A stretch of DNA of 41,610 nt from a virus. Lineage: Duplodnaviria; Caudoviricetes. The notes below the pieces were generated by a model. That model saw only the letters and a list, made by a program, of their open reading frames with translations, was not told the DNA's origin and made no database searches. Positions 23,408 through 32,890 of this stretch are shown piece by piece. The position numbers and the translations under genes are program-made. Positions within the stretch are counted from its first letter, which is position 1, and the number at the start of each line of letters is the position of its first letter. The stretch is from the IMG/VR virus record IMGVR_UViG_3300036798_000457, positions 1-41,610 of that record. One strand, written 5' to 3'.

Positions 23408-25489
23408 ATGATCGGCTCGGCTGCGCCCCGGGTGATCTCGCCGGTCGAGAGCCTCAAGGCGGACCTGCTCGAGCCGTTTTACCGCGACCGCTGGTACGCC
23501 CATCAATTGCTCTTTCAACACCGCCACCGCGACCGCTCGGCCCGGGTGCATCGCGAGCTCGTCCTGGCACTCAACGCGGCGCACGCCCGCCAGTCGATCG
23601 AGGGTTTTCGCGGCCTGGGCAAATCGACCTATGTCGAGGAGACCGCCGTCCTCAAGGCGATCTTTCAAGAGTTCCGCTTTCTCTTGATTGTCGGGGCGTC
23701 CCTCACCCGCGCGGCGGAAAGATTGTATCCGATCAAAATAGAACTCTTGCAGAACGAATCACTGCTGGCGCTGACCGGTGCGCTTAATGGCGATGTCTGG
23801 CGCGACGACAAGATCACTCTCAAAAACGGGGTGGCGATCCAGGCGATGGGTCGTGATCAGTCGATGACCGGGATCAAGCACAACGACTACCGGCCCGACG
23901 CCGTCATCATTGACGATGTCGAGGATCCCGAGGAGGTGCGCACCGACGAGCAGCGCGCGCAGACCTGGAACTGGCTGCTCAAAGTCCTGCTGCCGGCGCT
24001 TGATCACCCCGACCGCTCGTGGGTCCGCCATCTCGGCACAAGGCGCGGCTCGGGGAGCCTGCCCGAGCGGCTGGAGCAGGCGGGGTGGCCGGTCGCCAAG
24101 TTCCCCATCGAGTATTTGGGACAAGAGGGTGAGCGGCGGGCAACCTGGCCGGCGAAGTTTCCCTTGTCGGCGATCGACGAGCGGCGGCGGCTCTATGCCG
24201 GCGACCTCGAAACCTACTTGCAGGAGTACATGTGCGAGGCGACGAGCGCGGCGGCGCGAGTCTTTGCCCGCGAGACGATGCGGTTTGAGGCGCGGCGGCG
24301 CGATTGGCACGCGGTCTATGTGATGTACGACCCGGCACGCACCACGCACAAGGGCTCGGCGACAACGGGGAAGGCGGTGTGGTCGTGGCTCGGCAGGAGG
24401 CTTTATATCTGGGAGCTGCGCGCCGAGCGCTGGGCGCCGGACGAGATTGTCGCCGACATCCTCGAGACCAACGAGCGCTGGCGACCCACCTGGATCGGGG
24501 TCGAGAAGACCGGTCTCAACGAGTGGATCATGCAGCCGCTGCGGCAGGCCTCACGCGGGCGCATCCTGCCCTTGAAAGGGGTCGAGGCGCCGCGGGGCAA
24601 ACTCGATTTTATTCGCACCCTGCAACCGTTTTTTGCCAGTGGCGAAGTGGTGTTTATCGGGGAAGAGGAGGCTTACCGTGAAGCAATCCAGCAGTTCCAG
24701 ACCTTCCCGCGCGGGCGCATCGACGCCCCCAACGCGCTCGCCTACGCTGTCCTCCTCAGATCAGGACAACCCGTCTACGACGGATTTTCCGACGAAAATA
24801 TTGTTGGCGATCCAGGACAGTGGGGCGATGACAATCCACTCTTCTTTGCCGCTCACCACGACGGGTCTGTCGGCGTTGCTGTTCTGTGCCGGCGAAATCA
24901 TGGACAGTTGTGCATCCTCGCAGACTTTGTCCGAGAAGGCAGTCCAGGCGACATCGTGGGTGATATCGCGGCGGACGCCGCGCTCGTCGCCGGGGCCCGT
25001 CGAACCGGACAGCGCACCATCTGGGGCGAGGGCGAAGACCTCTACAAGCTCCCCCTCACCATTGCCCGCAGCGAAGCCGTGGACATTTCCTGGGTTGTCC
25101 CTCCCATTCACTTCGAGCGCTGGCGCAACACTGGCCTCGTCCAAGCTATCCGCCAGATCCCGGCAAAGGCTCAGCAAGGCGGTGAGCCGCTCGCAGGCCG
25201 CAGCCAAATCGCCGACCTCATCACCCGACGCCCGCACGGAGAACCCGGACTCGTTGTTAGCGAACGCGCCAGCTGGACCCTCAGAGCGCTTGCCGGCGGA
25301 TACGCTCGGCCTTTGGGCCGGCGGGGAATGGCCGAAGGCGAAGCCGAGCAGGGGGTCTACCGGTTGCTGATGGAAGCGGTTGAGAGTTTTGTCGGTGTGG
25401 GGGTGGCGACGCCGTCAGACGAGACGGTGCAGCCGATTGCCTATACCAAGGGCGGTGTGGCATACCGGAGTGCGATCCCGCAGCGCTGA
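23408..25489 (+). CDS. terL: Terminase large subunit with C-terminal extension
   Basis: Walker A GFRGLGKST, Walker B RPDAVIIDDVE, QEYM, nuclease YDPA / GVEK / FPRGRIDAPNALAY. Confidence 0.92.
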   Translation: MIGSAAPRVISPVESLKADLLEPFYRDRWYAHQLLFQHRHRDRSARVHRELVLALNAAHARQSIEGFRGLGKSTYVEETAVLKAIFQEFRFLLIVGASLTRAAERLYPIKIELLQNESLLALTGALNGDVWRDDKITLKNGVAIQAMGRDQSMTGIKHNDYRPDAVIIDDVEDPEEVRTDEQRAQTWNWLLKVLLPALDHPDRSWVRHLGTRRGSGSLPERLEQAGWPVAKFPIEYLGQEGERRATWPAKFPLSAIDERRRLYAGDLETYLQEYMCEATSAAARVFARETMRFEARRRDWHAVYVMYDPARTTHKGSATTGKAVWSWLGRRLYIWELRAERWAPDEIVADILETNERWRPTWIGVEKTGLNEWIMQPLRQASRGRILPLKGVEAPRGKLDFIRTLQPFFASGEVVFIGEEEAYREAIQQFQTFPRGRIDAPNALAYAVLLRSGQPVYDGFSDENIVGDPGQWGDDNPLFFAAHHDGSVGVAVLCRRNHGQLCILADFVREGSPGDIVGDIAADAALVAGARRTGQRTIWGEGEDLYKLPLTIARSEAVDISWVVPPIHFERWRNTGLVQAIRQIPAKAQQGGEPLAGRSQIADLITRRPHGEPGLVVSERASWTLRALAGGYARPLGRRGMAEGEAEQGVYRLLMEAVESFVGVGVATPSDETVQPIAYTKGGVAYRSAIPQR

Positions 25490-25582
25490 GGCCGCACAGC
25501 GCACAATATATAAAGAACGCGCGCGTATGCGATGAAACGAGGGTCCGAGTCAAGGTCTAATTTTGCGGAGGGAGACCAAGCG

Positions 25583-25870
25583 ATGAGCGATCTGACCAAT
25601 GCAGTTTCCGCGTTGATTACGGCGGTGGGAACCTTGGCGTCGGAGACCCCCTCGGGAGGTGTCTCGGTGATCCCGGCGTTGCGGCAGGCGCGCGAGGCGT
25701 GTGACGCGGCGATGGAAGCGGGGGGCGGCAATGGAGAGGCGACCGGCGCGACCGGCGCGACCGGACCCGCTGGTCCCCCCGGGCCGACCGGGCCAACCGG
25801 ACCAGAGGGACCGGCCGGAGGAGCCACCGGGACGGCAGCCGAGGGGGCGCAGCGGGCGGGACACCGCTAG
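25583..25870 (+). CDS. Short collagen-like (Gly-X-Y) protein
   Basis: GGAGGGAG SD; helix followed by GATGATGPAGPPGPTGPTGPEGPAG. Confidence 0.75.
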   Translation: MSDLTNAVSALITAVGTLASETPSGGVSVIPALRQAREACDAAMEAGGGNGEATGATGATGPAGPPGPTGPTGPEGPAGGATGTAAEGAQRAGHR

Positions 25871-26070
25871 TGTCGCCGCGGCGTTGCGCCAATTGCGGCG
25901 ACACGCATCGCGCCGACGAGGTCTGCGCGGTGCATTGGGAAGCGCGCCTGACCGGGCATGAGGATCAGCAGGTCGGGGTTCCCGAGCATCAAACGGAATG
26001 GCCCTCCGGACACTACGGTCACGCCGATTACTGGATCGGATATCATGGCGGCAAACCCAAACCCGGTTGA
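25870..26070 (+). CDS. Small Cys/His-rich protein
   Basis: CANCGDTH...C..H; coupled to the upstream stop. Confidence 0.45.
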   Translation: MSPRRCANCGDTHRADEVCAVHWEARLTGHEDQQVGVPEHQTEWPSGHYGHADYWIGYHGGKPKPG

Positions 26071-28414
26071 CCTCGGCCCGGTTGACCTCGAGGGTGCCGA
26101 TCCCGGTGTGGCGGACGCCGGTCACCTGCGCGAGATCTCCTCGACCCGCCCCTCGGTGCTGACCCGCAAGGACGACCTCCTTGGCGAGCCGAATAGCGAA
26201 TGCCGCAAATGGCTGGAGAAGCGCTTCTCGGCGATTGCCCGTGGGTTTGAGGAGCAGTGTGACCGTTCCAACACCCTGGAAGAATACTGGAACTGTTACA
26301 ATTGCGAGCGCGACGACAACTCCTATTATAAGGGTGAGGCCGAGATCTATGTGCCGATCATTCACGACGCCGTAAAGGCGCTGACGACACGCTGGTCAAA
26401 CCAGCTGATGCCCAATATCGGGCGCTATGTCGAGGTGACTGCGTCGGATGGGCAGCAGCCTTACGAGATCGTGGCGTTGGTCAACCACTACATCAAGCAA
26501 GCAAAATTCAAGGCGAATGTCCTAAAGCCGCTGATCCGCAACGGGATCATCGAGGGGCAGTACAACCTCTATCTCGATTGGCAAGAGATCACCCGCTCGC
26601 TGGTTTCACGTGAAACACATGGCCGGCTGGTCGAGGGGCCAAAACCGGCCAGACCCGGCCCGCGCGGGATGCCGCCCGCGCCCGATCCGCTGGGGGATTT
26701 AGCGCCTGAGGGCGGCCCGGAGATCATCGATATTCGCGAGGAGGATATTGTCGAGGGACGCCCGGTTTTTGAGGTGCTGCACGATTCCGATGTGCTGGTC
26801 TTGCCGGCCACCGCCGATTCAATCGACGAGGCGCTTGAGGGCGGCGGGATGGCGGTCATCGTCCGGCGGTTCTCCAAGGAGGCTTTTAAGATTCTGGCGG
26901 TGGAGGAGGAGTTTGATTTCGGGGAGGGCGAGGACAATCACGATGAGGACGGGATGCCGATGGTGTTCTCGGTCACCCCGGAGATGACCGGTCTTACCGA
27001 CATCGCCAAAAAGCTGGTGCGCGATGTCGGGATCAAGTCGCGCGGCCGCCACGCCATCCTCTTTGAGGTGTGGCAGAAGGTGCCGCTCGGCGACGATGGC
27101 GATTTTGACGAGGACGGCGACATGCGCCTCTGCCGCACCTGGTACTCGTTGCACCGCGAAGCGATCGGTTTGAAGCGCAACCCGCACTGGAATGACCGCT
27201 GCCCCTTGCTGTCGCAACCGGTGGAGAAGCTCGCCGGGGTGTTTAAGGGGCGCAGCCAGATCGAATCGGTGCGCCAGCTGCAGTACGAAGCCAATGACGC
27301 GGCAAACGAGCGCGCCGATGTCGACCACATGGCGGCGATGCCGATCGTCCTCAACAAGGCGAGCGAGGGCAACTATCCGCGGCTCATCGCCAAGGGGGCG
27401 ATCTGGGACTATGTCGAGACACCACCGGCGATCCTCACCTTTCCCGATCTCTCGGGACGCGGCACCGAACGGGTGATGGCGGGGCAGGGGCTGGTCTTTC
27501 AGTCGCTCTCGGTCAACCCGGCGATGATCGCGCAGTCCACCGGGCGCGGCGGCGGCAAGCGCAACCAGGCCGAGGTGGCGATGGAGCAGCAGGTCGATCT
27601 CCTGACCACCGCCGAGGAGGTCGATGTCCTCGACGGGATGCTGACCGAGATGGTCGAGTTTGTCGTCGATATGGATCACCAGTACCGCGACCGCGATCTG
27701 GTTATCCGGCAATACGGTGAGCTCGGTATCCAGGCCGAAATGGTCGGCATCCCGCCGTTGCGCAACCGTAGCCAGTATGAATTCGCCTGGGCCGGCGCGA
27801 CGCAAATGCGGATGAATGTGGCGATGACGCAGAACGGCACGGCTCTGATCAATGTGCTGCGCGGGATGCAGCAGCAGTTAAAAGAGGAGGGGATGCAGCT
27901 TCGCCTCGCGCCGATCTTTGAATATCAGGTGGCAAGCGTCTTTGGACCGACCATTGCCCGCCGGGTGCTGCGCGATCTGCGCCACGAGTTGAGCGTCGAC
28001 CCCGAGGTCGAGAACGACATGCTGCGCGAGGGGCACGCCCTCCCGGTCAGTATGTTCGACAATGATCAAATGCACATTGCCGCGCATCAGCGGGCGATGC
28101 AGCGCGATGGCGATATCTACGGTACGCTGCGCATCCATCTGCAGGAGCACATCAAGCAGATGACGATGAGGAACATGGCGCAGCAGCAGCAGATGATGCA
28201 GGCGGGCGGGGCGCCGGGGGTGCCGGGCGGCGCGGCTTCGGGTGTCGCGGGAACCCCGCGGCCGGGTCAGATGGGGGCGCCGCCACGATTGGCCGGGACA
28301 CCGCCGGGGGCGCAGCCGATGCCGCCGCGTCTCGGGCCAAAACTCCCCGGACGGATCCCGCCGACCGCGATGCCGGCGGCCGGCGCGGCCAACATCATGC
28401 CGAGGCGTTTTTAA
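26045..28414 (+). CDS. Portal protein
   Basis: About 790 aa directly after TerL; YKGEAEIYVPIIHDAV, G.FKGRS....V..LQY.AND, Q/P-rich C-terminal tail. Confidence 0.85.
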   Translation: MAANPNPVDLGPVDLEGADPGVADAGHLREISSTRPSVLTRKDDLLGEPNSECRKWLEKRFSAIARGFEEQCDRSNTLEEYWNCYNCERDDNSYYKGEAEIYVPIIHDAVKALTTRWSNQLMPNIGRYVEVTASDGQQPYEIVALVNHYIKQAKFKANVLKPLIRNGIIEGQYNLYLDWQEITRSLVSRETHGRLVEGPKPARPGPRGMPPAPDPLGDLAPEGGPEIIDIREEDIVEGRPVFEVLHDSDVLVLPATADSIDEALEGGGMAVIVRRFSKEAFKILAVEEEFDFGEGEDNHDEDGMPMVFSVTPEMTGLTDIAKKLVRDVGIKSRGRHAILFEVWQKVPLGDDGDFDEDGDMRLCRTWYSLHREAIGLKRNPHWNDRCPLLSQPVEKLAGVFKGRSQIESVRQLQYEANDAANERADVDHMAAMPIVLNKASEGNYPRLIAKGAIWDYVETPPAILTFPDLSGRGTERVMAGQGLVFQSLSVNPAMIAQSTGRGGGKRNQAEVAMEQQVDLLTTAEEVDVLDGMLTEMVEFVVDMDHQYRDRDLVIRQYGELGIQAEMVGIPPLRNRSQYEFAWAGATQMRMNVAMTQNGTALINVLRGMQQQLKEEGMQLRLAPIFEYQVASVFGPTIARRVLRDLRHELSVDPEVENDMLREGHALPVSMFDNDQMHIAAHQRAMQRDGDIYGTLRIHLQEHIKQMTMRNMAQQQQMMQAGGAPGVPGGAASGVAGTPRPGQMGAPPRLAGTPPGAQPMPPRLGPKLPGRIPPTAMPAAGAANIMPRRF
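26602..26617. promoter_or_regulatory. parS: Chromosome-type parS site embedded in the portal CDS
   Basis: GGTTTCACGTGAAACA, 15/16 match to consensus TGTTTCACGTGAAACA; perfect 14-bp palindrome; five consecutive A/T-ending codons (VSRET) in a GC3-rich gene. Confidence 0.8.
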
Positions 28415-28869
28415 AGAGGCAGGTGGCCCCACCGCTTTCCTGATTTGATCCGCGAAACTTGCGACTGAGCTATGCCATAGGCAAGAGCAATTTTATCTTG
28501 AGTTCGAAAGTCGGAGCGAATAGCCAAGACTTGGCTTGTTGTTAATTTATTGTTGGATGTTTCTTCTCCATTAAATATGGGCTTTCGACCCTTAGCGATT
28601 TTATCGCGCTCGTTGTCGCGGGGAGTGCCAAGAAATAAGTGGTCGGGATTAACGCATTTTCGATTATCGCATTTATGCAAAATCCATAGCTTTTGTGGGA
28701 TTGGTCCGACAAACATAATGTAAGCCGCTCTATGAGCGTGAACCTCACCGGCTTTTGAATAGGAAAAACTTCCGTATCCTCCAGGGATTTTTGCTGCCAC
28801 CCATTCCCAGCAACTAGTGTTGGGATTGACCTCATATTTTGCGGTGAACCGCTCTAAGGCAGTTTTCAT
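28411..28869 (-). CDS. Free-standing HNH homing endonuclease (start could be 28884 or 28908)
   Basis: CWEW...GYGSF...AHRAAY...LHKCDNRKCVNPDHL; C-terminal HTH; AT-rich; antisense between portal and scaffold. Confidence 0.9.
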   Translation of the reverse strand: MKTALERFTAKYEVNPNTSCWEWVAAKIPGGYGSFSYSKAGEVHAHRAAYIMFVGPIPQKLWILHKCDNRKCVNPDHLFLGTPRDNERDKIAKGRKPIFNGEETSNNKLTTSQVLAIRSDFRTQDKIALAYGIAQSQVSRIKSGKRWGHLPL

Positions 28870-28918
28870 AATGCGATCATACATTGGGTTGGCATAATCG
28901 AGAAGCATGTAGCGGGAA

Positions 28919-28948
28919 TTGACAATCTCCTGATTTAGCGCGTATAGC
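28919..28948 (+). promoter_or_regulatory. Putative promoter for scaffold/capsid genes
   Basis: TTGACA-N18-TATAGC upstream of the scaffold gene. Confidence 0.5.
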
Positions 28949-29014
28949 GAAATTCCCTCGAATGGCAGGCGTTACCTGCTTCGCGTCGCGGGCGTTACTC
29001 GCGGGAGTATCAGA

Positions 29015-29749
29015 ATGGCGGGACCGACCGACCCACAGGGACCGGGAACGGAACCTGATGATCTGCCCGAAGACGACGAAGACGATCTCGACATAGACGG
29101 CGAGGACACGGAACCCGAGCCCGTAGAGGCCGAGGAAGCCGAGCCGCCACCGGAACCGCCGCGCAGCCGGGGCAATCAGGCGATCCGGCAGCTTCGCGCC
29201 AGAGCCCAGCAAGCCGAAGTCGAGCGCGACTTCTTTCGTCAGCAGGCGCAGACGCGCCCCGCCCCGCAGATCGATCAACAGCAGCTGCAGCAGCAACGCG
29301 CGCAGGAATACGACCGCATCTCGATGCTGCCGCCCAATGAGCAGGTTGCCGCGCTGCACGGGATGATGCAGCGCGAGAACGCGCTCACCCAGCTGCAGTT
29401 CTTCGACATGAATGACCGGCGTGAGTTTGGCGAGCTCAAGGCATCGTTCCCGGCCGCCGAGCGGTTGAGCGGCCAGGTCGAGCAGATCCTTCAGGCGCAG
29501 CGCGCGCAGGGCATCTATCAGTTTAGCCGCAGCCAGATTTTTGATGCGCTGTACGGCAACGAGGTTCGCACACGGGGGACGCGGGATACGGGGGCGCGGC
29601 GCCGCGACGGCGCGGCAAGGGTGGCACGGCAGACCGTGCGCCCAACAGGGGGCAGACGGGGTGATGTCGGCGGCGGTGGGCGTCGCGGCGGCACCCAAGA
29701 GCAGCAGGATGTCGCGCTGTTGCGCGGTGTCCGCATCGACGAGGTCTAA
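29015..29749 (+). CDS. Capsid scaffolding protein
   Basis: Acidic N-terminus, coiled coil, position between portal and capsid genes. Confidence 0.7.
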   Translation: MAGPTDPQGPGTEPDDLPEDDEDDLDIDGEDTEPEPVEAEEAEPPPEPPRSRGNQAIRQLRARAQQAEVERDFFRQQAQTRPAPQIDQQQLQQQRAQEYDRISMLPPNEQVAALHGMMQRENALTQLQFFDMNDRREFGELKASFPAAERLSGQVEQILQAQRAQGIYQFSRSQIFDALYGNEVRTRGTRDTGARRRDGAARVARQTVRPTGGRRGDVGGGGRRGGTQEQQDVALLRGVRIDEV

Positions 29750-29801
29750 CGCGGGAGGTCTTGACCAGCCTCCCACTTAATACTGGGAGGATATACCGGT
29801 C

Positions 29802-31166
29802 ATGGCTGTAAATCTCAGTCCACAATATCAGGCCGCACTACGTCGCCAGCTGTCGCGCGAGGTGCTGCCGATCACCCAGCGTTACCTCGTCGCGCATCAG
29901 CACGCCATCAAGAAGCAGATGGAGGAAGGAGCGGGGGTTACCTGGACCGCGACGCGGTTCAGCCGGTTGCAACTGCCTTTTGCCCCGTTGTCGGAGGGTG
30001 TGCCGCCAACCGGCGAGCAACTCTCGATCAGCCAGGTGACCGGTGTCGCCTTGCAGTGGGGCGATAAGATCACCCTCTCGGACGTGTCGGTGATCGTCAC
30101 GATGTATGATCTGGTGAAGGAGGCACGCCATCTTCTCGGGGTGCAGATTGCGGAAACCCATGAGCGCAATGCGATGATGTGCTTGATGGGGTCGACCCAG
30201 GTCAATTATGTCGCGGCGCGCGGCAGCCGCGCTCTGCTTATCGCCGGCGATGTTCTCGACACGGTGACCCTCAACCGCACCTACTCAGATCTGCAGACCT
30301 TGGGGGCGCCCTTTGTCGGCGGGCAGATGGAGCCCGATATCACCCGCGATATCGAGCACGGGTCAAAGGCTTCAGAAAAGGGGCCGATGAACAGCGACCA
30401 CTATGTCGCCATTGTTCATCCGCTGGTCGCCAACGATCTGCGGCAGAACGCGCAGGTGCAGACTGCGTGGTCGTATAGCGATGTGACCCGGCTCTATATC
30501 AACGAGTTCGGCTATTGGAGCGGCATCCACTTTACCTGGTCAAACATGGTGCCGCAGTATTCCGGTCAGGCCGCGCCGACGGGCACACCCGGAACCTCTG
30601 GCAATTTGGCGGCCGGCAACTACGTTATCCAGATCACTGGGACCGACACGCTCAACCTGCGGGGCGAGCAATACATTACCCAGGTTTCGGCGGCGATTAC
30701 GACGACCGGCACCACGGGGTCGATCGCCGTGACCATGCCGGCCAATGCCAACTACACCTATACGGTCTATATCTCGGCGGTAGGCTCGACCACGCCAACC
30801 AATATCGCCACCACCTCGACGACGGGTGTCGGTGTGCCGACAAGTGGCCCGCTCACCGGTCAGGCGACCCAGATCGCCGCCGGCTCGGCGGTCACCCTGA
30901 CCGGGATCGGCGCTTTCCAGATCCCGCCCGCGGCCCCGGCCACAGGTGTCACGGTCTTCCCCACCTTTGTCATGGGCGAGCAGTACTATGCCTGCCTCGA
31001 ACTCAAGGACGTGAGCTATACCTTCCTCGATACCGCAGACAAGTCGGACCCGTTGAATCAGCTCCGTGTGATAGGCTGGAAGATGATGGAAGGCTGGGTC
31101 ATTCTCAACCAGCAGTTTGGTTGTAGGATCGAAAGCACCGCATCAAATACCGGGGCTTTCGCGTGA
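29802..31166 (+). CDS. Major capsid protein (N4-gp56-like) with inserted beta-rich domain
   Basis: PLSEGVPP, QWGDKITLSD, YVAIVHP....DL, NEFG..SGI.F, DKSDPLNQLRVIGWK. Confidence 0.9.
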   Translation: MAVNLSPQYQAALRRQLSREVLPITQRYLVAHQHAIKKQMEEGAGVTWTATRFSRLQLPFAPLSEGVPPTGEQLSISQVTGVALQWGDKITLSDVSVIVTMYDLVKEARHLLGVQIAETHERNAMMCLMGSTQVNYVAARGSRALLIAGDVLDTVTLNRTYSDLQTLGAPFVGGQMEPDITRDIEHGSKASEKGPMNSDHYVAIVHPLVANDLRQNAQVQTAWSYSDVTRLYINEFGYWSGIHFTWSNMVPQYSGQAAPTGTPGTSGNLAAGNYVIQITGTDTLNLRGEQYITQVSAAITTTGTTGSIAVTMPANANYTYTVYISAVGSTTPTNIATTSTTGVGVPTSGPLTGQATQIAAGSAVTLTGIGAFQIPPAAPATGVTVFPTFVMGEQYYACLELKDVSYTFLDTADKSDPLNQLRVIGWKMMEGWVILNQQFGCRIESTASNTGAFA

Positions 31167-31192
31167 GTATTCTTCAGAACTAGGAGGCGAAA

Positions 31193-31540
31193 TTGGCATA
31201 CAGACTGAGGGTCACGGTAGATTACGATTGGGTGGGAGACGGTGTGTATTCGACCTTTCTCGGTCCCAACCAGTCAAACAACCCGGGTTATGCGGCGACC
31301 TTTGCTGCAGGAGCCGCAGGGTTGGCGCAGACCGCCGAGCTGATGGTGTCGGAGCTTGTGCCGGGCGGTGATACGCCAACGTTGGCAAATTTCCTCACCG
31401 CGCTGACCAATGCGGCGAACGATCTGGCCGGCACGCCGACGGCGGGGGCAACCCCGATCATGTCGCAGCCGGGTGCGCTCTATGGGCAACCCGGCACGCC
31501 GCTCTCGATTATCCAGGGATTCTCTAGCGGAAATCCATGA
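31193..31540 (+). CDS. Putative virion structural protein (TTG start)
   Basis: AGGAGG SD; directly after the capsid gene. Confidence 0.7.
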   Translation: MAYRLRVTVDYDWVGDGVYSTFLGPNQSNNPGYAATFAAGAAGLAQTAELMVSELVPGGDTPTLANFLTALTNAANDLAGTPTAGATPIMSQPGALYGQPGTPLSIIQGFSSGNP

Positions 31541-31559
31541 GTTATCAAGGACATAGTCC

Positions 31560-32147
31560 ATGGCCTTACATACTCTTGGCACTGCGGCGACCACGTCGCT
31601 GACTGCGGTGCAGTGGTGGCCTGCCGTCGTGGCCGGGGCGGCGGGCACCAACCAGATCTCGCTGGCCGATGTTGCGGCCATGTCGGAGTCGGTCTCTAGT
31701 CCCGAGTTGATTGCCGCCATCATCACCACGACGGGGCCGAACGGTATTCTGTTTACCGCTTCGACCCATGCCAATACGACGCTGGATACCCTTGCCGCCA
31801 ATACCGGCGGGGCGCTGGCGACCATCCAGCCGGGATCGTTGATCCTGGGAGTCGGGATCCCGGCCGGCACCTTTGTTGTGGCGCGCACCCCGGCAACCGG
31901 TCTGCCGACCTCGCTGACCCTGAGCCAGGCGGCAACGACGACGGCGCTTGGGGTGCGGATTATTGTCGCGCCGCCGGGTCCGCGTTCGGCGCTCGATCCC
32001 GCCGGGCAGTCGCTGATCCTGCCGCAGGGGCGCGGCCGGGTGCGGCTCTTCCCCGGTGATTACATCGCGATCAGCAACACCGGCTGGCCGATTGTCCTGT
32101 CTTCGGCCGAGATCAGCTATACTGGATCGCTTTGGAGTTTTGTTTGA
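31560..32147 (+). CDS. Putative virion structural/decoration protein
   Basis: Thr/Ala/Gly-rich; contains GVGIPAGT...LTLSQAAT module. Confidence 0.75.
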   Translation: MALHTLGTAATTSLTAVQWWPAVVAGAAGTNQISLADVAAMSESVSSPELIAAIITTTGPNGILFTASTHANTTLDTLAANTGGALATIQPGSLILGVGIPAGTFVVARTPATGLPTSLTLSQAATTTALGVRIIVAPPGPRSALDPAGQSLILPQGRGRVRLFPGDYIAISNTGWPIVLSSAEISYTGSLWSFV

Positions 32148-32890
32148 TGGTTAATGCTGTTGAGCAGGAGGAGCGCCGCCGCGCGCGGATCGCCGAACTC
32201 AAAGAGGAGCAGCGGCAGAAAGACGTGATGACGGGTTACGAGTCGCCGGAAGCGCCGATGATGGGCGACCCTGAACTCGAATCCGAACCTGAGCCTGTGT
32301 CGCTCCCGCCACGGCGCCCGCAGGGACGACCGCGACGACAGGCGACGCCGGTTGAAGACATGGCCGGGCTTCGCGCCCGTCTGTTGCAGCATCTTTCCGC
32401 CGCGGAGCAGGAACTCATCAGCGACGAGGATCTGCTGGCGATCAAGGCCAAGCAGGACAAGAAGGCGGCCGACGAGCGCAAGAAGGATGTGCTCGAGCGG
32501 CTCGAGGCCGACATGCTGCACCGTGCGCGGGTCGATCAAGAGCTCCTCTCTGCGAGCACGCTGCGGACGGCTGCCGAGCGGGCGCGTCTCGCCGAGAAGG
32601 TGATGGTCAAGATAGAGTTGCCGGGGGGTGGTGCGGGACAGCACACCAATGGGTTTCGTATCGATGGCCGGCTCTACCAAGTCGGCAACGAGTACGAGGT
32701 TACCCGCGCCGAGCTTGAATCGATGCAGGACACGCATTATCGGGTGCATGTCAACGAGATCCGCTTCTCGACCCTCGACCAGGACAAGAAGGCGGGGATC
32801 TCCCTCAATAACCGGGCGATGGGGACAACCGCGGCCAATACGCTGTTTGCCCAAGCGCCGGTTCGCTTAGAGGTTAGAGATGTCGATTGA
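32147..32890 (+). CDS. Hypothetical late protein (coiled coil)
   Basis: Coupled start (TGATG); charged helices; RIDGRLYQVG.EY. Confidence 0.75.
   Translation: MVNAVEQEERRRARIAELKEEQRQKDVMTGYESPEAPMMGDPELESEPEPVSLPPRRPQGRPRRQATPVEDMAGLRARLLQHLSAAEQELISDEDLLAIKAKQDKKAADERKKDVLERLEADMLHRARVDQELLSASTLRTAAERARLAEKVMVKIELPGGGAGQHTNGFRIDGRLYQVGNEYEVTRAELESMQDTHYRVHVNEIRFSTLDQDKKAGISLNNRAMGTTAANTLFAQAPVRLEVRDVD

Noticed and set aside
25495-25525. dif-like site (GCGCACAATATATA) for XerCD integration
   Set aside because: Only a XerC-like half is present; no TTATG-type XerD arm
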